From contig JARDVH010000124.1 in the NCBI GenBank assembly GCA_030324005.1, positions 25,723,028 through 25,787,027 on the forward strand: a stretch of 64,000 nt of DNA, read 5' to 3'. Of the stretch, positions 40,161 to 52,615 are shown one piece after another (the first letter of the stretch is position 1; each line of letters starts with the position of its first letter). Both the position numbers and the translations under genes were made by a program. The notes beneath the pieces were generated by a model that was not told where the DNA came from, made no database searches, and was given only the letters and a program-made list of their open reading frames with translations. Source of the DNA: Negaprion brevirostris (lineage: Eukaryota).

Positions 40161-40815
40161 ATGATGTGGGCGTGCCGGCATTGGTCTGGGGTAGACACAG
40201 TAAGTAGTCTCACAACACCAGGTTAAAGTCCGACAAGTTTATTTGCTATCACAAGCTTTTGGAGCACTGCTCCTTAATCAGGTGATTGGAGAGTTGTGTT
40301 TACAAACAGCGCATATATAGGCACAGAATTCAAGACAAAAATTGATAGATTCTTATTAATAAGGGGATCAGGGATTATGGGGAAAAGGCAAGAGAATGGG
40401 GATGAGAAGTTGATGCGTTTAGAGTGGCTAAAAGTAGTGGGCGAGTAGAAGATTGGGAGAGGTTTAAAAATCAACAAAGATTGACGAAGAAGATGATAAA
40501 GAAAGGAAGGATAGACTATGNNNNNNNNNNNNNNNNNNNNNNNNNNNNNNNNNNNNNNNNNNNNNNNNNNNNNNNNNNNNNNNNNNNNNNNNNNNNNNNN
40601 NNNNNNNNNNNNNNNNNNNNTGAATGGCAGAGCAGACTCTGAGCTGAGTGGCTTAATTCTGCTCCTAAGCCTTACGGACTCAAGTGGAAGATATATATGC
40701 CCGATTTGTGAACCCAACTCTCCACTCACCTGATGGAGCAGCAGCACTCCGAAAGCTTGTGATACCAAATAAATCTGTTGGATTTCAACCTGGAGTTGAG
40801 ACATTTTAACTGTGT
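40161..40815. mobile_element. Inverted-arm Penelope-type element with hammerhead remnants, CR1 pieces and a gap inside
   Basis: Arms at about 40161-40330 and 40690-40815; flanks TCAACCTTAAACA (40149-40161) and TCAATCTTAAACA (40815-40827). Confidence 0.75.
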
Positions 40816-41219
40816 CAATCTTAAACAAATTAAAGACTAAAAATGTAGATCTCCTGTCAACACAAGTAGGCCTGCAGATTCCAGTACTGCACCTTTCCAA
40901 ATTTTTGAAATAGCTATTCAATTAATCCCACACTGCCTATTCCTTCATCTACAAATTATTCCTTTCAAAATACAAACATATGCAATTTCCTTTTGCAAGT
41001 TACAACCGAATCGCTTCCACCACTGTTTCAGACAGTACATTCTAGTTGATTGCCATTCCGAGAAAGTTACTGTCCGTGGTGACTTCATAGTGACTTTTTG
41101 CCTTCCTGACTTAGGCTGGGTGAGACTTAACAAGCGAAGTGTTTTCCAGCTCCAGCTGCAAAATGCAAAAGGAACAGAGGAGGACTCAACCCTTTATTAA
41201 GCACTAGCTGACATAATAC

Positions 41220-41383
41220 AGGTGGGCACAGCAAGAAGTCTCACAACACCAGGTTAAAATCCCTGAGGAAGGAGCAATGCTCTGAAAGCTTGTGATTCCA
41301 AATAAACCTGTTGGACTTTAATCTGGTATTGTAAGACTTCTTACTGTGCCCATCTCAGTCCAATTCTGGCATCTCCACATCAT
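41220..41383. mobile_element. Inverted-arm Penelope-type element with the best-preserved hammerhead core
   Basis: CTGAGGA-AGGAGC-AAT-GCTCT-GAAAGCTT-GTG at 41263-41294; flanks CATAATACAGGT / CATAAAACAGGT. Confidence 0.78.
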
Positions 41384-41443
41384 AAAACAGGTCCCATTGA
41401 AAGGGAGATGGCAAGTTTCAAATGTAAGTGAATGGGGGTGTGG

Positions 41444-41445
<2 letters not shown>

Positions 41446-41507
<62 letters not shown>
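41446..41507. repeat. (TG)n microsatellite
   Basis: Perfect TG run. Confidence 0.98.
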
Positions 41508-41509
<2 letters not shown>

Positions 41510-42744
41510 ACACACGCATGCCTATAGTACTGGTGGTGTTGGGGAGGCTCCCAGCCCAGCTCAATTGTCCAGGGAAGGTTAGCACTTTTAGATAATTGCC
41601 AGGTAAATCCTTGCAGGGGAGCTTCCAAAAGAGATTCTCCAGCATTCTTTGGGATACTCCCCCAGAGCGGGGGGGGCCAGGATGTTATGGCGCCTCATTT
41701 CTCTCTGATCCTTTATCAATTGCTTTAATCTGCGTCTGCTGGTTACTGACCATTCTGCCTGTGGAAAGATTCTTCTTATCGACTTTGAAAAGAACAAACA
41801 AAACTTTGAGTCTCCATTTAATTTAGTTCCTAATTCCTGGTAAAATTCTATCAAATCCTCTCCACTTTTGTACTCTAATTGTCTCTATTAATAAAGACTA
41901 TATGCTTTTTGAAAGCTTTATCAAATTGCCCTACATCCTGAAAGATTGAAGTATTTGAAACCATATCTGTTTCTGCAATGAAATTTCTCAATGAAATTGT
42001 TTAACTTAGGATATTACTTCTCCTTATTTTTTCCCATTGCTCTGCATTATGTTTCTTCTGCTACGTGTCTGCCCATTTCACCAACCTATGTCCTCCTGAG
42101 CCACTATTCTCCTCACTGTTTACTACATTTCCAATTTATTAGATCTGCAGATGACACAAGATGTCCTGTGTAACCAAGTCATTAATATACATCAATAAAG
42201 CAGTGATCCTAAACACTGAAATTTGAGGGAGCATCACTATATTTCTTAGGTGGTATGATACTATTGCAAATATGTAAATATATGCGGATAACTGGATCTA
42301 CACCTATTTTATCTTGATACCTTATAAACTTCATGCCACTATAAACACTTGCCCAATTCAACAGCATTCATGTGGTAACTACTTCCGAACTGCTTGTGGC
42401 ATTGTAAGATTCACATCTGACAGCACGTGAATTCCAAAGGATAACATATTTTGCAGCACCGCCAAGAAATCATTCGACCCATCGTGCCTGCGCTGGATCT
42501 TTGTAAAGGAGAGATCAAATAATCCCACTCTCCTGCCTTTTACCATAACTTTGAATTCCTTCCAACATGAAGGAAAGGCATTTTAAATGGACAAAGATAA
42601 GAAAAATTGTAAAGAAATGTTTCTCTCTTCTCTTAATAGTTGTACACTTGTTTAGTTTGAATTTCACAAACAAATTTATTTCACCAGCCACCATGCCAAA
42701 TGTTCACATAATTAGGCTACATAAGGTTCATAAGGCTAGCTTTT

Positions 42745-44290
42745 TATTTTGAATTTATTCATGATATGTGGGCATCCTTGGCTCAACCAGCATCAATTGC
42801 CCATCTCTAATTATCCTCAAGAAGGTGGTGGTGTGCTGCCATCTTGAATCACTGCAGTCCATGCATTGAAGGAACAGTCAACACTATTAGGAAGGGAGTT
42901 TCAGGATAATTACTCTGTGACAGTGAAGGAACAGTACTATTATTCCAAATCAGGATGGTTAGTAGCTTGGAAGTGAACTTGGATATGGTGGTGTTCCCAT
43001 GTACCTTCTGCCCTTGCTCTTTTAATTGAAAAGGAAGTTTGGTTTGGAAGGTGATTTAAAAGCCTTGGTACATTTCTACAGGTAATCTTGTAGCTGGTAC
43101 GCACTGCTGCCACTGTGCATTGGGGAAGGAGGGAGCAGATTTTTAAGGTGGGTGGTGAGCTGACAATCAAGTGGGCTGCTTTGTTCTGGATGGTGTTGAC
43201 CTCAGCATTGTTAAGGTTGCACTCATCCAGTCAAGTGAAGGATGTTCCATTACAATCCTGAGTTTTGTCTTGTAGATGATGGATGCTCTTTGTGGAGTCA
43301 GGAGTTGAATTATTCTCCAGAGAATTCCCAGCCTCTGATCTGCTCTTGTAGCCACAGCATTTATAAAGCTGGTCCAATTCAGTTTCTGGGCAATGTTAAC
43401 CACCAGGATGTTGACAGTGGGGATAACACCATTGAATGTTAAGGGAGATGGTTAGATTCTCTCTTGTTGGACCTGGTCACTGTCAGGCACAAATGTTACT
43501 TGGCACTTATCAGTCCAAGCCCAAATGTTGTCCAGCTCTTGCTGCCTATGGACACAACTGCTTCAGTATTTGAGGAATCATGAATGATGCTGAATATTGT
43601 GCTACTAGCAGAAAATACCTTCTGATCTTATGATAGAGGGAAAGTCATTGATGAAGTAGCTGAAGATGACTGGGCCTAGGTCACTGCCCTAAGAAATTCT
43701 TGCACCAATGTCCCAGGATTGAGATGATTGACCACTAACAAGCACAACCAGCTTCCTTTGTGCTTGGTATGACTCCAACTAGTGTTTGCCCCCTGGGTTC
43801 CTTGATGCTACACTCAGTCAAATGCTGCCTGGGTGACAAGAGCATTCACTCTTGCATCATGTTTTGAGCTCAGTTCTTTCACCCACATGTGGATCAAGAC
43901 TGTGATAAGGTCAGGAGTTAAGTGGGGCTGGTAGAACCCAAACTAAATAGTGAATTTATTGCTAAGTACCACTGTTGACGGGAGCTTCCATCACTTTGCA
44001 GATGATCAAGATTAGGCTGATGGGATGGTAATTGGCTGGGCTGGATCAGTCATGCTTTTTCTTGGTTGGATGCCAGTGTTGCAGCTGCACTGGAACAACT
44101 TAACTAGGAGCATAGCTAGTTTATGAAGAGTGAGTCTTCAGTACTATTGCCAAAATGTTGTCAAGGCCCATAACCTTTGCTGTATTCAGTGCCTTCAGTC
44201 ATTTCTTGATACCGCTGGAGTGAATCAAATTGGCTGAAGGCTGGCATCTGTGATGCTGGGGACCTCAATTGGAGGCTATGATGAATTGTT
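42745..44290 (-). mobile_element. CR1-group LINE 3' portion
   Basis: Minus translations QRLGIL..IYKTKLRIVMEH..W; GSDLGPVIFSYFINDF-like RT motif near 43650-43690. Confidence 0.85.
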
Positions 44291-44644
44291 GCAGGTAATG
44301 CATAAACAGGACTCATGCATTGTTACTTTCGCACTGCATGTTAAATTATAAGCATAACAGGACCGCAGCTGGCCAGTCACCAACTGTTAATAATGGAACT
44401 CTCTTAGAATGCAATCTTGTTTGCCGCAAGAAAATGTCAGTCAGGAGCAGGTTCCTTGAACATAAATGACAGTTTGATAAAAGAGAACATCAAGGTCAGC
44501 TTTAGCAGTACTTTACAACTTAATTTGAAAAGCTTGCATTCACATGATTCAAGGAGGAATGCCAAGTGATTCGAAGGCTCTCAAGCCAAAACAAAGAACA
44601 GCATTACAGGTTCTCTTTAGTTTGAGAGCTTGAAACAAAAGCAA

Positions 44645-45005
44645 AAGTTGCATTTATACAATGCTTAATCACATTTTTCAATAATGTTTCAAACGGCTGC
44701 AAAACAAGTGCCTTTAAACAGTTTTAAACACGGTGGCCATTTTTCATGTAGAAAAACTCTACGAATAGCAATGAAAAGATTTATTTTCGTATTGACTGAA
44801 GAGAGATTTTTATCCAAGAATTCTCCAATCTTTAAGTGAAAGTAGCATTACAACAGTCAGACAGGGCTTTAGTTTAACATCTCTTCCAAAAGACAGTGCT
44901 TTCCTCAATACTGCAGTGGAATACAAGACCGGAGAGACGGGCCAAGTATTCAACCTATAATTCTTTGACTCAGGCAAAAATGGCTGCAAGTAACTGAGCA
45001 GAGCT
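44645..45005 (-). mobile_element. Degenerate Deu-domain SINE
   Basis: TTGCATTTATA tail; GGGCTTTAGTTTAACATCTCTTCCAAAAGACAG (reverse Deu core). Confidence 0.6.
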
Positions 45006-45140
45006 CAGCATGAAATTGACAATTCTATTTCTAGGTACAGCCCACTAGATTCAGGCTCCTTTGTCTGACAAACAGAGAAGTTCTTTGAGACATTCGTTTG
45101 ATTATCATCTCGAGTTCCACATGACATAGGTCTAGAGAAC

Positions 45141-46272
45141 TGTGACAATCCCAGCTGTTCCTACTGGATGGATCATGACATTTAATTTTGTCTAGAGATG
45201 TGGAAGGACAGAGTCACATTTATTAAACACGAAAATATTGACTATAATAGTCCTCATTAACCCATCTATATCTTCACAGATGTACGCAAACTTTAAGATA
45301 ACAAATTACCGATTATATCTTATACTATATTGTTAACAGTAAGCACAAAGTCTCTGTGAACCAATAGGCCAACTGTGGCCAGAAACACCACATTCTGAAA
45401 CCAAATGGCAGACATTACCTAGTACAACGTCTGTGGATTTCTCACAAATTTCTCCAAATGGTCATCACACCGTGAGGCAACAGGTCTCACTGAAATTCCG
45501 ATTTTTAGACAATGTTTCCCAATTCCACTCTTGAAAAATATGTCTCATCATCTTAACGCTTTCTTTCAGATGTCACTACCAAGAATCCTATTCCTGGATT
45601 TCAATCTTTTTTCAGTACTCCTCTGCCTTGAATTGCTACATGCAACTAAGCTTTTGCATAATCTCTCAGGTACTCAGCCAGGTCAACAGAACACCACTGC
45701 TTCACAGGCTGCAGAAAGATACCACCAAACTTTTGATTTACCTCTGATGTTTGGTTTCCCACTTTAAATCTGTAGCTGTCAAGTGCTCTCAGAGTACTTT
45801 CTCTGGTTTTTATTTTAACTTCAGGGCCTTGTTTAATTTTTGGTTCTTTGGTCCTTTAACAGTCCATCTGAGACATTCTTTTTCCCCCCAATTCCTTGGT
45901 TCCTGGAATTTCTGGTGTTCTTTTGGGAAGTCTACTTTGTGCAGCTCCCTGGTCCTGTCCAGCAGCTTCTGGGTCCAGCTTAAAACAAAACTCAAATTCT
46001 TTCCAACCCAAGGTGGTCCCTAGTTGCTGAACAGCAGCCTCGTCTTTTTAACCCTGTTTACTTTCATGTTGTAAACTCTTTAATCACAATGCAGACACAG
46101 TTTGAAATGAAATCAAAAACCATAGACATGCAAGCACCTTTCCTTAACCTGAGCTAACTCAAGTTTTAACCCTTATACAGAAACTCAAAATTAAACTCAC
46201 TTGAAGTTGTACCCTATTTCTAACACACAGGTGTACAAATATAGATTCCTTAAAGATATCTGTTTCCTGACA
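45141..46272 (-). mobile_element. Probable solo LTR
   Basis: TG...CA termini (TGTGACA...CCTGACA), flanks GAAC/AAAC; related to 34009-35533. Confidence 0.6.
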
Positions 46273-46552
46273 AAACAAAGCTGTCTCATGTGGGACAATT
46301 AACAATTTCACTCAAAGGCTACCAGATTGCTAGCATGACACTTGTGCACTCAGGAGTGCTCTTCTGGAACTAGGACTGAGCTACATTGTTTAGAACTGAG
46401 AAGATGCAGCAGAACTATGTGCACATTTCACTCATACCTAATCAGTCATATTTTATGCTAACAGTATCTAACTGATGTCATTTCACATCACGAGGAAAAT
46501 TCATTCTGTCATATATTAAAAATTCAACAGTACTTGCTGCTAGCATTATGAA

Positions 46553-47318
46553 TGTGAGGTTTAGGTGATGTTTTGGACTATACCATTAATTCAAAGTAAA
46601 ATAGAGGAAGGTGATCTATGAGTTCTACCTGATAACAAGCCTATGTAGCATGGTTACCAGAGGGACAAGAGAGGCCCAAGGTCAGAGGCTATTGAAATGT
46701 ATATACCATAATTTCACACCTGAAAACAAAGGCAAGATGCAGCTGGGCTAACTGCGGACAAACCTTTGATCTGAGTTTTTGAAGAGAGGAAGGGAGAGGA
46801 AGAGAAAAAAAAAAGAGGTGAACAGAGAGGATGTCCTCTGGTCAAACAGATGCATGCAATGACAATCTAAAAAACCTCTGGAAGGTTTACTCTAGTGAAG
46901 CTGGGAGGAGAAATCACCAGAGTGGGCTTAATAACTTGTTTGAATTGGAATACTCTGAAACTGAGGGAGGAGTTTTTCAATGGGTCATTTAAAGTTACTA
47001 CTTAGCAAACCAGGGAGATGTGAACCTATTGAAAGCCTGGAGTGACAACGAATGATTTCCTATAAGGACTGCAATCCAATGAAGAACATGCTGTAATGTA
47101 TATGTATGTGGCATGGGGTTCTTGGTTGTGAGAAAACATTAATAAGGATTAACTTTTTTTATTGTTTCGACTATTGTTTGCCAACTAAGCAATGTTTGGC
47201 TGATTGTTGCTTTTAGTTTGTAACAGCAAAAGTTTGAAAACTTGAAATCCTGTACAATTCTTGGTCACAGGAATTTAAATCTGTTTAAAGTTAACAGGTC
47301 TCTGCAGGGACTGCAACA
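46553..47318 (+). mobile_element. Possible old solo LTR
   Basis: TGTGA...GCAACA termini; 3' part resembles 50350-50470. Confidence 0.35.
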
Positions 47319-50300
47319 CAATCCTCAAAGCACAGTGAAAGCTATAACAAGAATATGGCTTGAACTTTTATTAACAACTACTTTCTTAGGCAATCAGAAA
47401 GTTTTAATCTTTTTCAATTATACATATTATTAATTTAAAGCAAAGCATTTGATATCTTCAAGCAGACTATTAAAATAACCAAATTTAATACAAGTAAATT
47501 ATATGCACTCTGGAGAAACTAATAATTTTCATATACAAATGTACAGCGTTTTCAGCAGCTTCTGATGATTGCCTAGTATGATTTCTACAAATCTAAGTGA
47601 CATTGCAACTATTCATCACTGTTCCATTTCTTCAACACATCCTCCTCTAATTTAAACCAGTTGAATTGCTGATCGTATAGTCACCAAAAAATCCCAAACG
47701 ATTTGATAATAAGTAGTTTTAAAAAGTGTAATTGCCTATTTGTGTGGTTAATTTGTAGTTTTTCTGCTTGTCTATAAATATGATAGTTGAATGTTGTCAG
47801 AGCACTTTGACACAACTCAACCATTAGAAACATATTTCTAATTAGCCCTCCCTAAAACAGTAGGTTCCATAACCAAAAACCTGGTCTGCTCTTAATTATT
47901 AGAATATACAAACCAATTGTTTATCAAATATTATCATGAGAGGCACTCAAAGTGAATCAGTTATGTGCTTCAAGACAATGATTCACAGCCAAATAGTTAC
48001 ATAACCTTTATTCAGCAGGGAATGCAAGTTATATCTGGAAAATGTATTCNNNNNNATAAATCTTTTGGACTTGGAACAGTTGAACCAGCTCAGACTTGTG
48101 CCATTTTCAAATTTCTGTATGGATCATCTAAAAACTTTATTCAAGTATAAAATCTTCAAAAACAAAAGATGAACCAAACACGCACAGTCCTTTTGAGAGA
48201 GGTATGAATGGCTGTGACCTAACTCATTGACACAAGGGAGGAAGCAAATGCAGATTCTGGGTGCTGCTGATCAGACATGTCATACATGGTGTATTTATAA
48301 TTTACTAAATTTATTTCAGTTTTCATACTTTAATGATTTTACAATTGTACATAAATCTGTTGCATGCAATCGTACTATAATTGATCCTTCTGCTTACACG
48401 CCAAATTAATTTTGAAGGAAAGACTGAAACTGCTAGAAATCAAACACAGGAAATGCACAGATCAGTCAACGTTTGCAAAAAAGATAGGTGAGTTACTATT
48501 TTGAATAACTGAAGTCATCAGAGTGGAAAACTGAAAGATAAGTAAGTACTTTAGTAATTTGGAAAAAAAAGAGAAGGGTGAATAAGGATTGGAAAAACAG
48601 ATACTCCAAGAAGGTCATGAATAGGTTGAATAATCCAAAGCTTGTTCAAAAGGAAAGCAGGAAATTATATAATACAAAAGATTATTTCAGTAAGGAAATA
48701 AAAAGGAAATTAAACAAAGTTAAGATGGTGAGAGATTAATCAAAGCAAAAGACAACAAAATGAAAAATTCTAAAAAATAAAAGAAACCAGCCGATACAGG
48801 AGGACTGAAATGAGAATGTTGGGAATACAGTGCCAAGAAAGTCAGTCAATCTCTAAACAAGAGAAAATAGCCAACAAAGGCACGTATCTCACCCAGCCAG
48901 AGCAGTGTTCTGATGAAGTGTCTGCATCCAAAATATAATTATACCTTCCCTTGATACCAGAGTAACCCCACATCACCAGTTTACCTTGTTAAAAAAAAGA
49001 ACATATGGCTATGGTTTTAAGTGACTGAAGTTAATGCTCAGATTTGGGAAGTGGGGCTAGAGAAAACCAGACCATTAAAGTGTCAAGCTAGAGGGAAGTT
49101 GGGGTTACACTTGGAGATAGAACAGAGTGGTAAGCAAAGCAAATACATGACTGCCTGACACATCACTCTTCAAAAGGAGGCATATGATACCAAATGGAAG
49201 ATAACTGACAGTATGATTTTAAATTAAAGCAGGACCATCAGTCATAGATACAAGCTGGTAAATTCTAAACCCAAGTCTAACATTAGGAAACACTTATTCA
49301 AGCAAGAAGTGATTAATACTTGGAATGGGAAAGATAAAGGATAAAAATGAACTGGAGTCCATAACAGGCATTAAGATGAATGATATTGGATTCGTTGAGG
49401 ACGACAGGAAACGGGCTTGATGGAGTAAATTATTTCTTAACTCTATTGATCTATGTGAAAGGAATGCAGCTTTTGTCAAAACTCTACTTGCCTCAGTTCA
49501 ACCTGTGACTCCTTCCCTGACAATTTCAAAGGCACCTGTGCCTAACAGTGATAATAATGGGTTTGTGCAAGTCTGGTTGGGCTAGTGCTGAGTAAAAATA
49601 GCAGCTATCATTACACAGTTAGCAAGTATCATTTTATTAAAATATTCCTTGAAGAGCTCAATCAACCAATAATCTGATGACTACAATTACTGGTGTTAAT
49701 GGCACAGCTCCAAAGCAAGCATCAAGCCCAGATGGAACTCAATGTCAGCATGGGCCAAATGCATCTGTTATTTGTCATTCAACAGGAAATGAGAGGTTGA
49801 ATCTGTAGGGAGGGCCAATTTCTAATCAATAACAGAAAGAGTTGCAAAAGACCCAGAGATCCAAGGCCTTCTACAAAATAAAAATACATTTTAGGAGATG
49901 GGCTTGAACACATTCCTTTTCAATAATCAATCCCCAATAGAATCTTGACATTGGGAACAGAGATAGATGGCCATTCTTTGTAGTCAGCAGATAGAAAAGG
50001 CTGTTTGGCTTTCAGAGCTAGTACAGCTAAATGTGGGAGGGAGTCAGTCTCTAGTTGCGGATACAGATGCTATCTAAGGATTCCAGGGGAAGTAGAATCA
50101 TTGGAATAGGCTTTATTACTGCTGGCAATTTTAAGAAACCCTCTGAAAACTGAGGAAAGCATTAGGAGACAGTCAATTTAAAGCTGTTACTCAGCAAAAT
50201 GGGAATGCAGGAATCTACAAGAAGCATGAAATAATTATGGGCTGTTAGCAAGAAGGACAGTAATTTTTTGGAAACTAAGTATGAAAGGTGCACATTACTC

Positions 50301-51834
50301 TCTGCAGTTTTAAGTATATGTAGCTTACAAAGAAGTGTTTAGTCAATAGTGTTTTCAGTCATTTGTTACAATAAAAATTTTAAAACATGGACCATTGTTG
50401 TGTCATTCTTCCAGCTTGCAACTGGAAGTTCAAGTCACTTTTAAAGGTTATCAGTCTCAATAGAGATCAGGCTTCATACCAAAAGGAGATCCAAGAACAG
50501 ATGGAAAACTATGGAGACGTACTGTAAAATTAAAAATAATGTAATAGACAAACAGTTCAAAGAGCTAACTTCCTTGAACAAATCCAGATACAGATCTAGA
50601 TTGGCTCAGAGTTTTAGGCTGCTTTACCTTGCTCTAAAACTTTGTGGTGTTCCTTAGTTACAGAAAGGGTTATTAATGAACAAAACTTTCTAGGAAATAG
50701 TATTCAAGGGATCGGGGAAGAAAATTGTACGGCTGTGCTGGGTATATCCTTGTAAGGAGCTTTTCCAAGCAGCTGAACCAAAAATTCTCAATCGCCTTAT
50801 CAGTTCATGGTGGGAAATATTCAAGGCAATGTTTAAATTTCAAAGTCAAGAACTTGTAACAAATGCCAACTTGGTAACAGTTTATATGAGTTAGGCCTTG
50901 GCAGGTTCTATGTCAAGAAGTTTCTCATGAAAAAGCAACAAAAATGTAAAAGTTAGGAATACCAGCAGAAAACCTACTTTCTGGGCTTGCAAAAAATTGG
51001 AGACTTTTTTAAAAATAGTGCAGGAGGCCATGTGGCCCATCAAGTCTGCACCAACCACAATCCCACCCAGGCATTTTCAATCTTGTGTCTACTACAATTT
51101 CCTTAACAGAGCACCCTGCAGAAAAAAGCAAGAAAGAAGGAACACAGCAGAATGGAAATCGCTTTAGTGAAAAATTTTCAAAACCCATTTAAAAAAAAAA
51201 TCAACTGGAGGAATGACAAAGTTTAAACAAGTAGGTGACCATCTCAAGTCAGCAGCAGCAATAAAACTTGCAAATAGGCAAGTTGGAGAAAGATGAACGT
51301 ACAAGGCAAGTGAACTATCATAGAAGTCTGAATATAAAAATATTACCAACTTCAAAGAATGAAGAGCCAAATAGGAACAAAACAATTGCAAACTGGAGGC
51401 TTCAGCACAATAAAGGAATAGGACTTAGTTCAATATCTGTTAAAATATGGGCAAAAGCTCTGGAAAAAACCAAAGGCATTATCATTAGAAAGAACAGGGG
51501 ATCCAATGATTCAGATGCAAGCAATGGCAAGGCCCCATCTATGTGGAAAATAAAAAAGCTAGAAGGGCTAGAGTAGGGGGCAACAGAGATGGCAAATTTG
51601 AACAGGAGGTCAGAAGCCCCAGATGTGGGACAAATAAAATGACACAGAAGTTGCTGAGTAGTGTGGAATAATGATGGAGCCTTGGTCCACTGTAGTGAAG
51701 GTGTCTAGGTTGAATGTATCAAGGGAGTATGCACACATGTATGCATGTCGAGTACAGAAGGTTATCCATGAAAGAGAAAGCAAAGACAACGTGGAATTAG
51801 AATCGGAAAATGCCAGTTTATTATTTATTTTTTT

Positions 51835-52146
51835 GGGGGTGGCACAGTGACAAGCCTCACAGCGCCAAGGATTTGGGTTTAATTCTGGCCTTGGGTCACT
51901 GTCTGTGGAGTCTGCACATTCTCTGTGTTTGTGCGGGTTTCCTCGGGGTACTCTGGTTTCCTCACACGCTCCGAAAGATGTGTGGGTTAGGTGGATTGGC
52001 CCATCTAAATTGACCCTACTGTCAGGGGATTGGACAGGGTAAATATGTGGGGTTACAGGAATAGGGCCTGGGTGGGATTGTGGTTGGTGCAGACTCGATG
52101 GTCCAAAGGGCCTCCTTCTGTACTGTAGGGATTCTATGGTTCTATA
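51835..52146 (+). mobile_element. HE1/V-SINE-type SINE, near full length
   Basis: GGTGGCACAGTG..GCCTCACAGCGCCAAGG...GTACTGTAGGGATTCTATGGTTCTA. Confidence 0.92.
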
Positions 52147-52239
52147 AAATTAAGGAACCCTGGAAATAAAAAAAAGTGGGTGGAGGCACAAAGTGGTAAT
52201 CATATATAGAACGGTCGGTGTCACCAGATGTAACAGTTA

Positions 52240-52615
52240 AGAAAGGTGCATTTTTATAGCACCTTTCAAAACTTCAACACATCGAAAAACACTTCAAAGC
52301 ACTTGAGTATGGTCTCTGTTGTAATCCAAGAAACATAGCAACCAATTGCACATAGAAAGATCCCACAAACAACAACATGATAATGGTTAGTGAATCTTTT
52401 TTTAAATGGTGCCAATTGAGGAACAAAGATTGGTTAGGAAGCCAAGAAGAATTCCCTTTGCTCTTGTTTAAAAAAAAAAGCACTCTTTGAACATTCACCT
52501 TGGAGGGGAGATTTTTTCTTAGTACTATTCTGGTTTAGATTTTGTGCTCATGTATCTGAAATGGGACTTAGGCCCACAACCTTCTAACTCAGAGGCAAGA
52601 GTGTAACTGAGTTAA
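52240..52615 (-). mobile_element. Deu-domain SINE (SacSINE1/AmnSINE-like)
   Basis: TGCATTTTTATAGCACCTTT...AAGATCCCACAAACA...CCCACAACCTTCTAACTCAGAGGCAAGAGTG. Confidence 0.75.
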
